Shown here: piece after piece, positions 51,570 through 63,805 of the stretch | How the letters are laid out: the number at the start of each line of letters is the position of its first letter | Position numbering within the stretch: position 1 is the first letter of the stretch | The notes under the pieces: model-generated | Databases searched by the model: none | The model's input: the letters and a program-made list of their open reading frames with translations, nothing else | Told to the model about the DNA's origin: nothing | Source: Octopus sinensis | Taxonomy: Eukaryota | Length of the DNA: 64,000 nucleotides | Assembly: GCF_006345805.1 (NCBI RefSeq) | Contig: NC_043017.1 | Location: 11,780,001 to 11,844,000 of the forward strand | Direction of reading: 5' to 3' | Translations under genes and position numbers: made by a program

Positions 51570-52110
51570 CAGGCTTGGTTATGTGGCAGGAAGTTTGCTT
51601 CCCAACCACATGGTTCTGAGTTCAATCCCACTGCATGGTACCTTAGGCAGGTGTCTTCTACTATAACCCTGGGCTGATGAAAGTCTTGCAAATGGACTTA
51701 GTAGATGGAAGCTGGAAAAACATCCGGTGTGTGTGTGCGTGTGTGTGCATGTGTGTGTGTGTGTGTGTGCATGCATATGTGTGTGCATGCGTCTGTGTGT
51801 GTGTGCATGCGTCTGTGTGTGTGTGCGTGTGTGTGCATGCATCTGTGTGTGTGTGCGTGTGTGTGTGTGTGTGCGTGTGTGTGTGTGTGCGTGTGTGTGT
51901 GTGTTTGCAATAATTGGAAACAAATGTCTCTGTCGTGCAAACAGTGTCCTTTGTTCCTGGCCTTCCATGAAAAATATGACTGATCATGGGGAAATATTAC
52001 CATGTTTAACAACAGGTAAGCATTGGCACCAGGAAGGATACCTGGCTGTAGAAATTCCATCTTAACAAATTCCATCCAACCCATGCGAGCATGGAAAAGT
52101 GGATGTTGAA
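51570..52110 (+). mobile_element. family-A-headed SINE with RTE-like tail
   Basis: Diverged A head, a TG tract, then tccaacccatgcgagcatggaaaagtggatgttgaaatga. Confidence 0.65.
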
Positions 52111-52434
52111 ATGAGGATAAGACAGCATATGTCACTTTTTAGTTTTTAATTGGTTCCAGTGTGATTTGAGAGGGATAATTTTACTGCTCTTTCTAGAAGA
52201 TCATTGCCTTTCTATATATATATATATATATTTTTTTTATATGTGTTAAGCCTTTATATTTCATTTTTGCTTGTTTCAGTCACTGGATTGCGGCCATTCT
52301 GGGGCATTGTCTTGAAGGGTTTTAGTTGAAATAATCATCCCCGTTACATATTTTTAAATATGGTTCTTACTCTATCAGTTTCTTTTGCTGAAATGCTAAG
52401 TCACAAGGATGTAAACAAACCAACATAGAGATCT

Positions 52435-52714
52435 ATATTTAAGAGATGAGAAATTATGTGCATTATTTACATTATTTACATTCAACGGATATTTGTCCTC
52501 ATCTTGTTTGTTGTCAACACAACATTTCGGCTGATATACCCTCCAGCCTTCTTCAGGTGTCTTGGAGAAATTTCGAACCTGGGTTCTCATTTCTAAGGTA
52601 TTTTTCGATGTTATTATTATTATTATTATTATTGTTCAGGTCACTGCTTGGAATTGAACTCAGAATCTTGGGGTTAGTAGCCCACGCTCTTAACCCCTAT
52701 GACATATGCCCGTA
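52435..52714 (-). mobile_element. SINE-like element P3: tRNA-like head plus hammerhead ribozyme
   Basis: Minus strand has a head with gagttcaattcc B box and ctactaa loop, then (aat)n, the hammerhead and an (aatgtaaat)-repeat tail. Confidence 0.7.
52517..52560 (-). ncRNA. type I hammerhead ribozyme motif
   Basis: acac | CTGAAGA | a | ggctg-gagggtatat-cagcc | GAAA | tgt t | gtgt. Stem II is 5 bp, stem I is acac/gtgt, and stem III reads ATGT (ACGT in related motifs). Confidence 0.75.
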
Positions 52715-53267
52715 GGCATATGGTGTTGTGGTTAACAACTTGGTCCTCATAGCTTTATCTATCTTAAATACATGATTCATATAGTGTCTTATATTACTTT
52801 ATTCCTCTTGGTTACCTTGTTAACAGATAGATGTCTTTGAGTGTCAAGTATTGTTATTCTTTGTGCTAACATTTATCAGAGAAAGGTGACATCTCCAAGA
52901 CTGTTTTTGAGTAGAAGGTTACCAAGACGACTGGTTAACATAGGAGTTTAGTGGTTATGTAATATCATTTTTTGTTTGTTTTTCACATCTTAAGTGAATA
53001 TTGATAGATATATTATGACTTTGATCTGTGATGCAATATTTATTTGTACTAGCAAATTGTATTACTATCTGTGTGTGTGTATGTGTGTGTGTGTGTGTGT
53101 GTGTGCACATCTATGAGGTGATTGTATGAGTTTATGTGGACTGAATTTGTTGTGAGTTATGTATTTTACACACAGACACATATGGAAATATGGAACATAC
53201 ACAGAGAATGCATACCTTGTGTGTGTGTGTGCCAGTATACGCATATATATATATATATATGTCTATA

Positions 53268-53499
53268 TATTTCTTTACTACCCACAAGGGGCTAAACATA
53301 GAGAGGACAAACAAGGACGGACAAAGGAATTAAGTCGATTGCATTGTCTCCAGTGCGTAACTGGTACTTAATTTATCAACACCGAAAGGATGAAAGGTAA
53401 AGTTGACCTTGGCGGAATTTGAACTGAAAACGTAACGGCAGACGAAATACGGCTACGCATTTCGCCCGGCGTGCTAACGTTTCTGCCAGCTCGCCGCCT
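53268..53499 (-). mobile_element. SINE family B
   Basis: Reverse complement of 57002-57233. Confidence 0.85.
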
Positions 53500-53526
53500 T
53501 TATATATATGTCTATATGCACATTGA

Positions 53527-53861
53527 GACCCCCTTCGATCATGACTGACCATGGGATTGCACCTAGAAAGTTACCCTCCCAGGCACAAGTCCGGGCAAGG
53601 TTGTTTATGGAAGACCAGCAGTCGCCCATGCATACCGGCCTCCCCTCTCCATGCCACCAATGTTATCCAAGGGAAAGGCAAAGGGGCCGATACAGCTTGG
53701 CACCTGTGACGTCGCAACCCAATTTCTACAGCTGAGTGAACTAGAGCAACGTGAAATAGAGTGTCTTGCTCAAGAACACAACATGCAGCCCGGACCGGGA
53801 TTCGAACTCACAACATCACAATCGTAAGCTCGACGCTCTAACCACTGAGCCATGCGCCTTC
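53527..53861 (-). mobile_element. tRNA-derived SINE, family C, full length
   Basis: Reverse complement of 61271-61610 with A box tggctcagtgg and B box gttcgaatcc. Confidence 0.9.
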
Positions 53862-53904
53862 ACATATGCACATACATGTACACATATATACATATGCCAT
53901 GAAT

Positions 53905-54170
53905 GGATGGTACTTTTACAAACGGCCACGCACGTAAAAGCACCATCCGTTCGTGGCCGTTTGCCAGTTCTGTCTGGCACCTGTGCGGGTGATACGTAAA
54001 AAGCACCCACTACACTCACGGAGTGGTTGGCGTTAGGAAGAGCATCCAGCCGTAGAAACACTGCCAGATCTGACTGGGCCTGATGAAGCCTTCCAGCTTC
54101 ACAGACCCCAGTTGAACCGTCCAACCCATGCAAGCATGGAAAACGGAGGCTAAATGATGATGATGATGTA
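53905..54170 (+). mobile_element. RTE LINE 3' UTR fragment
   Basis: Same tail family as 15500-15783. Confidence 0.8.
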
Positions 54171-54622
54171 CAAACACATAACTATTTATACACACACACA
54201 CACACACGCATGTATATGCACTGTCACAACCACCACCATCACCAGTATTTAGCGATGGTGTTGGAAGTTACTTGGCAGTTAAAAGAAAGCATTGAGACTG
54301 GGTGAGTCATGTGATGTGGATGATATTAACGCATTCAGGGAGTCGTCTGCATCTTTAAACCGAGCCTGGAAGACTTTCCTTTTTAATCGCAATGCAACGT
54401 CATCTAAAGAAATGGGGGCAAAGACCTGATTCGAGAAGATTACAAATAAGTTGGTACTTAGCAGGCCACACTCACTACCCTACATAATATATACACCTCT
54501 CAGCTGTGTAACAACAGGAAACAAACAAAAACTAAAAGAGAAATTTTTTTATATACCCCAGGAAAAGTGGATTAAAAGGGTCTGTATTTTTATATTCAAA
54601 ACTATTTTACTTTTATACCTGT

Positions 54623-54655
<33 letters not shown>

Positions 54656-54859
54656 AGAGTGCTTGTATGCATTCCATTTGTGACTCATGTTCTTTATATA
54701 AACAGACACACACACACACACCACACACACACAAACACACACATACACACACAAACACACACACCCACACACACATGTACATACGCACAAAATGTGCAAA
54801 CAATTACCATGTGATTTTTAAGCTCTTTTGTTAAAACTGTTCTACAACACTGTAATGGA

Positions 54860-55093
54860 GTGCAACAACATGTATTACACACACACACACATGCACACAC
54901 ACACACATGCACACACACACACACATGCACACACACACATGCACACACACACATGCACACACACATACACATAAAACACACACATACACACACACACACA
55001 CACACAAATGCACACACACACACATGCACACACACAAATGCACACACACACACATGCACACACACACACACATGCACACACACACACACACAT

Positions 55094-55136
<43 letters not shown>
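54860..55136. repeat. (CA)n punctuated by atgc
   Basis: Direct reading. Confidence 0.9.
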
Positions 55137-55138
<2 letters not shown>

Positions 55139-55321
55139 TCTTTATACAAAAACTATGAGAGTAAATCTTTCTCAACAGCGTATTTGTGAATGAGTATATG
55201 TGTTATTTGTAAAGATTCTATATTTCCATACACAACATTCGAAGAAATTGTAATTATTGTGGTCACTGAGATACAAAAGGTTAAATTCTCCTCAGCTGTT
55301 CCTTTTCTTTCAAACATGTTT

Positions 55322-56064
55322 GGATCTTTTCGGTTTGAACGGCAGTTTTTTCTAGCGGTGTCATATGAAATTGTCACCCATAATTATGACCCTAGTATCA
55401 ATCTATTGCATTTCAATCTTTTTCAGGATTAGGGGTGTGGGGAAGGGTCTCTTTTTTTATTCACAAATGTAAATAAACTCAATCTGTTTCTTAAACGAGG
55501 GACATATTCATATGGCACAGAATGTTTTTTTTACCTCAATGGACGTAATTGATTGGTTGAAATTGCAGAACTTGAAGAAAAAATACAAATATCTTACAAA
55601 CTATAGAATTTTCTCAATAAAGCCAAGAGAAAAAGATGTTTTATAAACACATTCTACCAGTATACGAAGTTAAAAATTTTTTAGTTACCTAGAAATTATG
55701 TCACCCATAATTATGACCCTAGTATCGATCTATTGCATTTCAATCTGTTTTAGGGTTAGGGTTAGGGGTGGGGGGGAAAGGTATCTTTTTTTCTTCACAA
55801 ATGTAAATAAACCCAATCTGTTTCTTAAACGAGGGACATATTCATATGGCACAGAATGCTTTTTAACCTCAATGGACGTCATTGATTGGTTGAAATTGCA
55901 GAAATTGAAGGAAAAAATACAAATATCTTAAAAACTATAGAATTTTCTCAATAAAGCCAAGAGAAAAACATGTTTTATAAACACATTCTACCAGTATATG
56001 AAATTAAAATTTTTTAGTTACCTAGAAATTGTGTTAAAAACTGCCGTTCAAACCGAAAAGATCC
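55322..56064. mobile_element. MITE of the 16807 family with an internal tandem duplication of about 330 bp
   Basis: TIRs ggatcttttcggtttgaacggcag / ctgccgttcaaaccgaaaagatcc; the interior is duplicated (about 55366-55697 and 55692-56030) and carries ttagggttagggttagg. Confidence 0.85.
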
Positions 56065-56715
56065 ACATATTTTATTAAAAACTCAGTCATGTTCAAAATT
56101 GACACTTTTTTCTGTTAAGAATTTTCCATATTTCCTTATGAGTCCTTTTATGTTTGGTTTGGGACAGTAGGGTCTGCCTGGTGTCTCTTAAGACTTTTAC
56201 AATCACAATTTCAAAATAAGCCATTGAAAAACCATTTTGTCTGGTAAGTGAAAAGATGGCCTTGGGACGGATTTTATAACTGGTAAAATTAGGAGCAGGG
56301 TTTAACGGATTTTGTGGAACACTCTGCAGCTCCATATAAATATAATTATTTTAATTAAGTTTATTTATATTTATTTAAATGTTGTGGTTTTGCAAATTTG
56401 ATTGCCAATGTCAGAGTCATTTTAATAACTAAAACTTCCTTACACAATTCAAATCCTATTAAGTATATATATAAGGGGCAGTTCCTGGTACTTAATCACA
56501 GTGTGTGTGTGCGTGTGTGAAAGCTAGACAACAACTAATGCTTTCTCTCTTTGGTATTCACAGCTTGTCCACCAACTGTTGTTGCTGGCTTGTGTGTTCA
56601 TTACTTGAGACACTGTTCATCATCCAAGACATTTTATGTTAAAAAAATTGTTCATAAACCGATTTGATTATGACGAGGTGTTCCTAAACAGAGGTTCCAC
56701 TGTATATATCTTTAA

Positions 56716-56936
56716 CCCTTTAGTGCTTAAACTGGCCAAATCCGGCCCAATATATTCTACATATTTTATATTCAAACTGGCCATATCTAGCCTCTCACAC
56801 CTAACCTACATTGACAGTCTAAAAATAAACAATCATATCATTGAAACCTCAAAGCTATAAGATAATGCATGATTAATTCAAAACAATTTAAATAAAAAAG
56901 CATTACATTTAACAGAGTAATCTGAACACTAAAGGG
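56716..56936. mobile_element. piggyBac-type MITE
   Basis: TTAA|CCCTTTAG ... CTAAAGGG|TTAA. Confidence 0.8.
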
Positions 56937-57001
56937 TTAAAGATGTAATCATACACACACACACACACACACACATGCATACACATATATATTGTAAAAC
57001 A

Positions 57002-57233
57002 GAGGCGGCGAGCTGGCAGAAACGTTAGCGTGTCGGGTGAAATGTTTACCGGTATTTCGTCTGTCGTTACGTTCTAAGTTCAAATTCCGCCGAGGTCAAC
57101 TTTGCCTTTCATCCTTTCGGGGTCGATAAATAAAGCACCAGTTTCGCACTGGGGTCGATGTAATCGACTTAATCCCTTTGTCTGTCCTTGTTTGTCCCCT
57201 CTGTGTTTAGCCCCTTGTGGGCAGTAAAGAAAT
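57002..57233 (+). mobile_element. SINE family B, full length
   Basis: gaggcggcgagctggcagaaacg..gtaaagaaata. Confidence 0.85.
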
Positions 57234-60200
57234 ACATATATATAGTAAAATTCATGTTACCTGACAACTTATTCAGCATGAGTTTTTACAATAAATTTGA
57301 CTCTACTTTCTGCATTGAGTCCCCCATTCACTTAAACGTTCAATGCTCTGTTGTTATTCTAAAACTTGCTTTTAAAATAACAACTTCAATTTAATAGACA
57401 CACACACACATGTATAAGTGCAGAAATGTAAACATACATACTTGCACACACTCTCTCTCTCTCACACATACACACATCATGCATACACACTTTTATAGAT
57501 AGATTTAGAAATAGATATAGTTAGCCAGTTGAAGCTGTACAACAGCACATTTTACAAACAAGGAGGCAATTATTAAGATGAACCATGCTAAACATTTTCA
57601 ACAACAATGAAGCAATACATTTACATTTATTGTTAACTGCAGAAAAACTCTTCTGCTTTTGCAGAACCATAGAAACAAACAACTTATTGCTCAGACACAT
57701 GCACACGCGTGCACACACGTGCACTCACACACACATGCACTATAGAAATGCAGAAATTATATATTACCTTTTATTATGTATGGATATGGATACACATAAG
57801 CATGCACACGTACAATATATTCTTGTGCATGTATTTGTATGTATAACTATATACAAGGAATTGTTTGTGAGTGCATATGCAGACATACAAAATGCAAAAA
57901 TGCACATGCACACATGCACACATGCACAATAAATACACACAAACATGCATACATTAGAATACATAAATGTTTACATATTATAACTACAATATCAAATAAA
58001 CACACACACACACACACACACATGCGTATGTACCACAAGCAATTCTTCCCAAAATGTTTCTCATAAACACACTCATACTCATACACACGTACACACGTGT
58101 ACATGCACACATCCAAGCAATATGCCCTCGGGAAATACCCTCTTTGATGCCCTAATCAAGAACCATTCACAGAGAGCAAAGCAGAACCTGTAGAATTCCA
58201 ATTGGAAACCTTCTTTCCTTGTTAGATATGAATGAATTTAGGAAAACAACAATAATAACAGCAGCAACAACAACAACAACAATTATTGACCAATAGGATT
58301 CAATTAATCTCTAATGTGGTTGAAGGGTTAAAATTCTTCTTCTCTTTCTCTTTCTCTCTAATTTGTCTGTGTGCATGGCAAGTCCACAACTCAGTTTTTC
58401 GAGGCTTGTGGGGGTGAAAAGGTGTAGGCCTAAAGGACGGTTTGGTTTATGTGTGGTTTGCTTGAAGATAGAGACCTTAGGCCTTTTTGTAATTGGTTTT
58501 TTTTTTCTTCTTCAGCGGTTGGTGACTTAGTTATTGACCTTTCTGCACTTATTTCCCTACAAGCTGACATGCGGAATAGAGGTTAGATTTCAGCTGTTTA
58601 GAGTTGAACTTGAACTTGTTCTTCTTTGATGTGTTACAAGGATGCTGTGACATTCTTTCTATTTCTGGTTCCAGACATTGGACAGCGGTGCTTCTAAAGC
58701 ATTGTCTCCAAAAGAATATATTTATTTATATCAATCCAAGTGTTTTGATTGGTACTATTTTTATCAGTGTCAGAAGGAGTAGAAGTAAAGTCAATCTGGA
58801 TAGAATTTGAACTCAGGAGGTAAGGAGGAAGGCAATAACTAAGTGTCACAAGGGATTCTGACTGGTGCTCCACAGATTTTTACCATTTACCACTACATGT
58901 GTTTTATTAAGTTTAAGGAAGTTCTGATAAAAAGTAGTGAGCTGGATTCTAAAGTTTCTAATCTCTCCTGCCTTTAATCCTTCCAATGTTAATTTTTATC
59001 GTCATCACCATTTACTGTCGGTTTTCTCTGCTGGCATGGGTTGGATGGTTTCAAAGGAACTGGCAACCAGCGGACTGTACCACGTTCAACTGTCTACTTT
59101 ACCATGATTTCTACAGCTGGATACTCCTTCACTCAATTTAGTTAAATTTAGAGAGAAAGGGCATTTGACTCTGTCAATTAAGCAAGTTAATTATTTTCGA
59201 AATCATTAGTGCTGTGGTGTTTATTCTGGCATAACAAGGGCATGGTTGTGTGGTTACCTATCATGCTAGAAATATCAGCTAAATCTCCCTCAATTACATC
59301 TTTCAGTCTTTTAACTCTTTCGATACCAACCTGTTTGAGACCTCTTTTGGTTCTTAGATCCAAACTACCTCTTTTAAAGTGATCTAAATGGTTAAACACA
59401 CAGAAAAATAAAAACAAGATAAAAAAAAAGGTCACTGCATAATAACGATTGGGACTCTAATGAGTTAAGTATCTGCTGGGTGTGTTGTGTTTATGCTGAT
59501 AACCCAGCTATTGGTAAAAACAAGTTCTTAATGTGTCCACCAGGGATTTGAAATGGTTAGTCACTTGCTGATGTCATAAATCCTTGACAGAATCCTGTTT
59601 TGCTGTTTACAATGATTCAGATTCAATTTAAAAATAATAATAATAATAATAATAATAATGAAATTATTGTAAACAGTGCTCAGGTGCACCACAACTTGTC
59701 AGAAAGTGCGTATAAAGTATATGCAGTAATGTACAAATGTCTGGAAAGCAAACAATTTCTAAGCAGTAAGTTGGTGTTTGGGGACTCTGCCTGCAGAATA
59801 AAAGATGAGATAGATGGTCAAGGCAAGACCAATTTTGATCAAACAAGGAACGCAAGATCAGAGCAGACCTGGCCCTGATCAACTACAATTATACTAAACC
59901 CACCTAACCACACCCCCCCCCCGCCAACTATTAAAAAAAGATGTTCCAATCTAATCTAGTTGACGGTTCTAATTCTCTCCTTCCTTTCCCTTGCTATATC
60001 CCACCGTCATTCCTGTTTTACTGCTTGTGTCAATGACAAAAACAAAAAAAAAAGTAAAAAAAAAAACAAAACAACACAAATGGTGATTAATCAAAGAAAG
60101 CTAAATCTTAACAACAGATTCTTATTAAATAGTTGTATTCATCATTGAAGAGGTTGTTGTTGTTGGTCATGGTGGTGACAATAAAGTTACAGTTACTGCT

Positions 60201-60419
60201 TTTTCTTGTTGTTGTTGTTGTTGTTACTGTTATTCATGTGGTCAGCTACTAATGATGATTTTTGTCTTCTGAACGTGTTTGTGTGTGTGTTTTTTTTTTC
60301 TTTCCTTTTTTTTTCTTCTTCTTCTTTTAAATTCTTGTCTTGTCTTTTAAAGTTGTAATTAATAACTATTCTGCAATCCACCCAACCTGATACAGAGTTA
60401 CATTGTAATGATGATATAT

Positions 60420-60427
60420 GAGACCGT

Positions 60428-60466
<39 letters not shown>

Positions 60467-61010
60467 GACATCACCATTACCATCAGCGTTATCACTTCAT
60501 CCGGCACTGCCACCATTAACCACGAACAAGCAGACCACACCACTGATACTATGTTCGATACCACAGCTGCCATTAACACCGTTACTATATCCATCACCAC
60601 CTCTGTCATGGTTTCTCTGTATATCAATCAACACCACCACCACCACCACTGCCACCACTACCACCACAACCACCACAACCACCACCGCCACTGTCACTTC
60701 CACTACCATCACAATGCTACCATCATCGCCACTACCACCACCACCACCACCACCACCACTGCCATATTAACTGTATCAGCCACCATCACCATTGCTATGC
60801 TTGCCACACCACTGCCATCATTATACACATCACTACCACCACCACCACCACCACCACCACTACCATCTTCTTAACTATAGCCACCACCATTGCCATTGTC
60901 ATTCCCACCACCACCACCACCACCACCACTACCACCACCACTATATTTTCACAATCCACCACTCTTCCCCCCCACCACCATCATCACCACCCTCACCACC
61001 ACTGTCACCG
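60420..61010. repeat. (CAT)n/(CAC)n low-complexity tract
   Basis: Direct reading. Confidence 0.85.
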
Positions 61011-61270
61011 CCATTATCATCTCCATCATCAATTATATCCCATTGTGATATAATTAAATATATTGTTATAAAAATCTGTAGAACATCACAGTATGATGTT
61101 TAATAATACTAATGCCATTATATTACTTGATTATATTTAACAATGGTTTCCTTTCACCAGGAACAAAGCGGGATTTCTTGTTTGTTTTTGTTTTTAATTT
61201 CTTGCGTAAAGAAAAAGGTGCATCGTTGACTGAATCGATTCTTGTGTATTACAGGTATTTATTTCATTTA

Positions 61271-61610
61271 TGAAGGCGCATGGCTCAGTGGTTAGAGCGT
61301 CGAGCTTACGATCGTGAGGTTGTGAGCTCGAATCCCGGACCGGGCTGCGTGTTGTGTTCTTGAGCAAGACACTTTATTTCACGTTGCTCCAGTTGACTCA
61401 GCTGTAGAAATGAGTTGCGACGTCACAGGTGCCAAGCTGTATCAACCTTTGTCTTTCCCTTGGATAACACTGGTGGCGTGGAGAGGGGAGGCTGGTATGC
61501 ATGGGCGACTGCTGGTCTTCCATAAACAACCTTGCCCAGACTTGTGCCTGGGAGGGTAACTTTCTAGGTGCAATCCCATGGTCATTCATGACCGAAGGGG
61601 GTCCTTACCC
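61271..61610 (+). mobile_element. tRNA-derived SINE, family C, with 11-bp TSD
   Basis: TSD tttatttcatt at 61258-61268 and 61611-61621; A and B boxes present. Confidence 0.9.
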
Positions 61611-61820
61611 TTTATTTCATTGACTCCTCTGAGAGAAATGGCAAACAGGATTGATCTTAGTCAGACTTGAACTCAAAACAGTGGATTCGGTATTTGCATC
61701 ATTTTCTTGAGGCTGTTTCCATAGGAAGACAAACGTTCCTTCTTTAAAAATGCATTGGTGAATACATCAGGCTTTGATTTCTCTTAAATCCTCTTGGTTC
61801 TATATTGGGTCTCTCTATAT

Positions 61821-62083
61821 TGTTGTGTGCAGTAGTTCACTGTGTGTATGTGTGTGTGTGTGTGTGTGTGTACCTTTTGTTTCAGTCATTGGACTTTGGC
61901 CATGCTGGGGCACTACCTTGAAGAGTTTAGTCAAATAAATCAACCCCAGCACTTATTCTTAAAAGCCTGATATTTATCCTACCAGCTTCCCTCAGTGACA
62001 CTGAGCGCAAGTGTACTCTGCTATCACTTTGGGTTGACCAATACCTTGTCTGTGGAATTTGGTTGTGTGCAGTAGTTCACTGT

Positions 62084-62125
<42 letters not shown>

Positions 62126-62490
62126 CTTTTGTTTCAGTCATTGGACTGTGGCCATGCTGGGGCACTACCTTGAAGGGTTTAGTCAAATAAATCAACCCCA
62201 GCACTTATTCCTAAAGCCTGGTATTTATCCTACCAGCTTCTCTCAGTGAACTTTTAAGTTATAGGGGATGTAAACAAACAAACACTGGTTGTCAAATGGA
62301 TGGGACAAACACAAACACAGATACATACATATTTACATATATGACAAGCTTCCATGCAGTTTCCATCAACCAAATCCTTTTACAAGGTGTAGGTTGGCAT
62401 GAGGCTATGGTAGAAGACACTCGCCTACTGTGGGACTCAACCCAAAAGCCATTTGATTGCAGAATGAACTTCTTAACCACACACACACAC
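61821..62490 (-). mobile_element. diverged family A SINE with a duplicated 3' part
   Basis: About 170 bp recurs at 61821-61990 and 62062-62240; the head lies near 62400-62480. Confidence 0.65.
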
Positions 62491-62659
62491 ACACATGTTG
62501 TTCATTAGTGTGTTGGATGGAATGAATTGTATTCTAGTTCTTTGAGCTCAGAGTTTAAAATCCACAAAGGCCAGCTTTGCCTTTCATTCCTTCAAGATTT
62601 ATATATACATATATAATTATCATCATCATCATCGTTTACATCCGTTTTCCGTGCTAGCA

Positions 62660-62710
<51 letters not shown>

Positions 62711-62759
62711 CAGTCATATGCTGGAGTCAATTTACCTTCCCTCTTTCTCTTGCAAATGG

Positions 62760-63330
62760 CAATGGGCAGTGAACCCAATTTGCTGAGACTAGAAAGAAAG
62801 ATAATTGAGAATGATAAACCTTTGAGCACAACTTTGGTCAGGATTTTAAAGCAGTTGACAATAATGCTGAACCCCGATTGATTCGTTTTCCTCATTCCTG
62901 TAGATATTGGTGATGTTAGCATTCTTCTATTGTGAATGCTTCTGTGATGTACCAACAAAGCACACTTGTGTGAAAGTAACATCCTTCTTTTAAGAACTCT
63001 GAGGAAATATTTTCTGGTCTTGGGAAATTTTTGCTTTTTAATGGTTTGATGTTAGCCCTAATTTTGGCAAAGTTTGGATGATGGGCATTTTCACAGAATT
63101 CTTTCTTGACTGCTTGATGCTCTATTGTTGACTGTTCTTTCAATAGAAATGTGCTCTCTAATGACTTGACTGGCATCATGGAATCATTCTTGGAGTGGAT
63201 AGGTATACAATACCTTTATACCACATAAATTGTGTATGGTTTGCCTGTCTACAAACATTTAGATTTCTTGAGTTATTATAATTCACCATTCATCTTTCAG
63301 GATATGAAGCGTGAATTATGCTGATGACAA
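62760..63330 (-). pseudogene. heavily degenerate LINE ORF2 fragment (linker and start of RT; RTE-like)
   Basis: Across frameshifts, KIRANIKPLKSKNFPRPENISSEFLKEG resembles the KAPGPD..E.LK linker; KNANITNIY and NRGSALLSTA.KILTKVVLKGL resemble NYRGISLLS..KIL..RL. Confidence 0.6.
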
Positions 63331-63393
63331 CATTTTTCATGGTTTTCTTTATTTTTATCCAACTTTCTTCTGTTTTTCCTGGACTTTCTTTGA

Positions 63394-63428
63394 CTATCTG
63401 AAGAAGGACAATTTCCAAAACGTTATAA
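63394..63428 (+). ncRNA. degenerate hammerhead motif, family P5
   Basis: ctat | CTGAAGA | a | gga-caatt-tcc | aAAA-CGT-t | ataa (G12 mutated to A). Confidence 0.5.
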
Positions 63429-63594
63429 CTTTTACTCTGTTCTTTCTGTTCTTTCTTTGAGTGTCAACTTAATAATATTAACTGTGAACATCTCTGGTAC
63501 ATTTTTGTTGCTTTTTTGCCTTTCTGCTATTTATATTTGCAAAATATATATATATGTTCGCCCTCCATGAAGGCATGGGTTGGAACTATATATG

Positions 63595-63774
63595 ATGATA
63601 GATCGTTAGCCACTACACACATTTTTTTCTCTCCTTGTTTTTTCTGTGTCCCTTTCTGTAGAAGAGTGTAGGCTCGAAACTTAAAAGACATTTTCTATTC
63701 CTGAGCATTATACTAATACATCTGTTTGTTTTGTACACCACCTGTCTTCGTCTTTTGTTTTTTTGGTAAACTCT

Positions 63775-63780
<6 letters not shown>
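63595..63780 (+). mobile_element. family P2 repeat with hammerhead-like motif at 63653-63686
   Basis: ttt ctgtaga a gag tgtagg ctc gaaac tt a aaag; homologous to 1345-1555. Confidence 0.6.

Positions 63781-63805
<25 letters not shown>

Noticed and set aside
61272-61345. tRNA gene (also the heads at 32330-32415, 52630-52712, 53790-53861)
   Set aside because: A and B boxes are present, but there is no closed acceptor stem and each continues into a SINE body.
62916-63179. MULE transposase suggested by GCYFH
   Set aside because: Surrounding motifs fit a LINE ORF2 linker and RT start better; no other MULE motifs in order.
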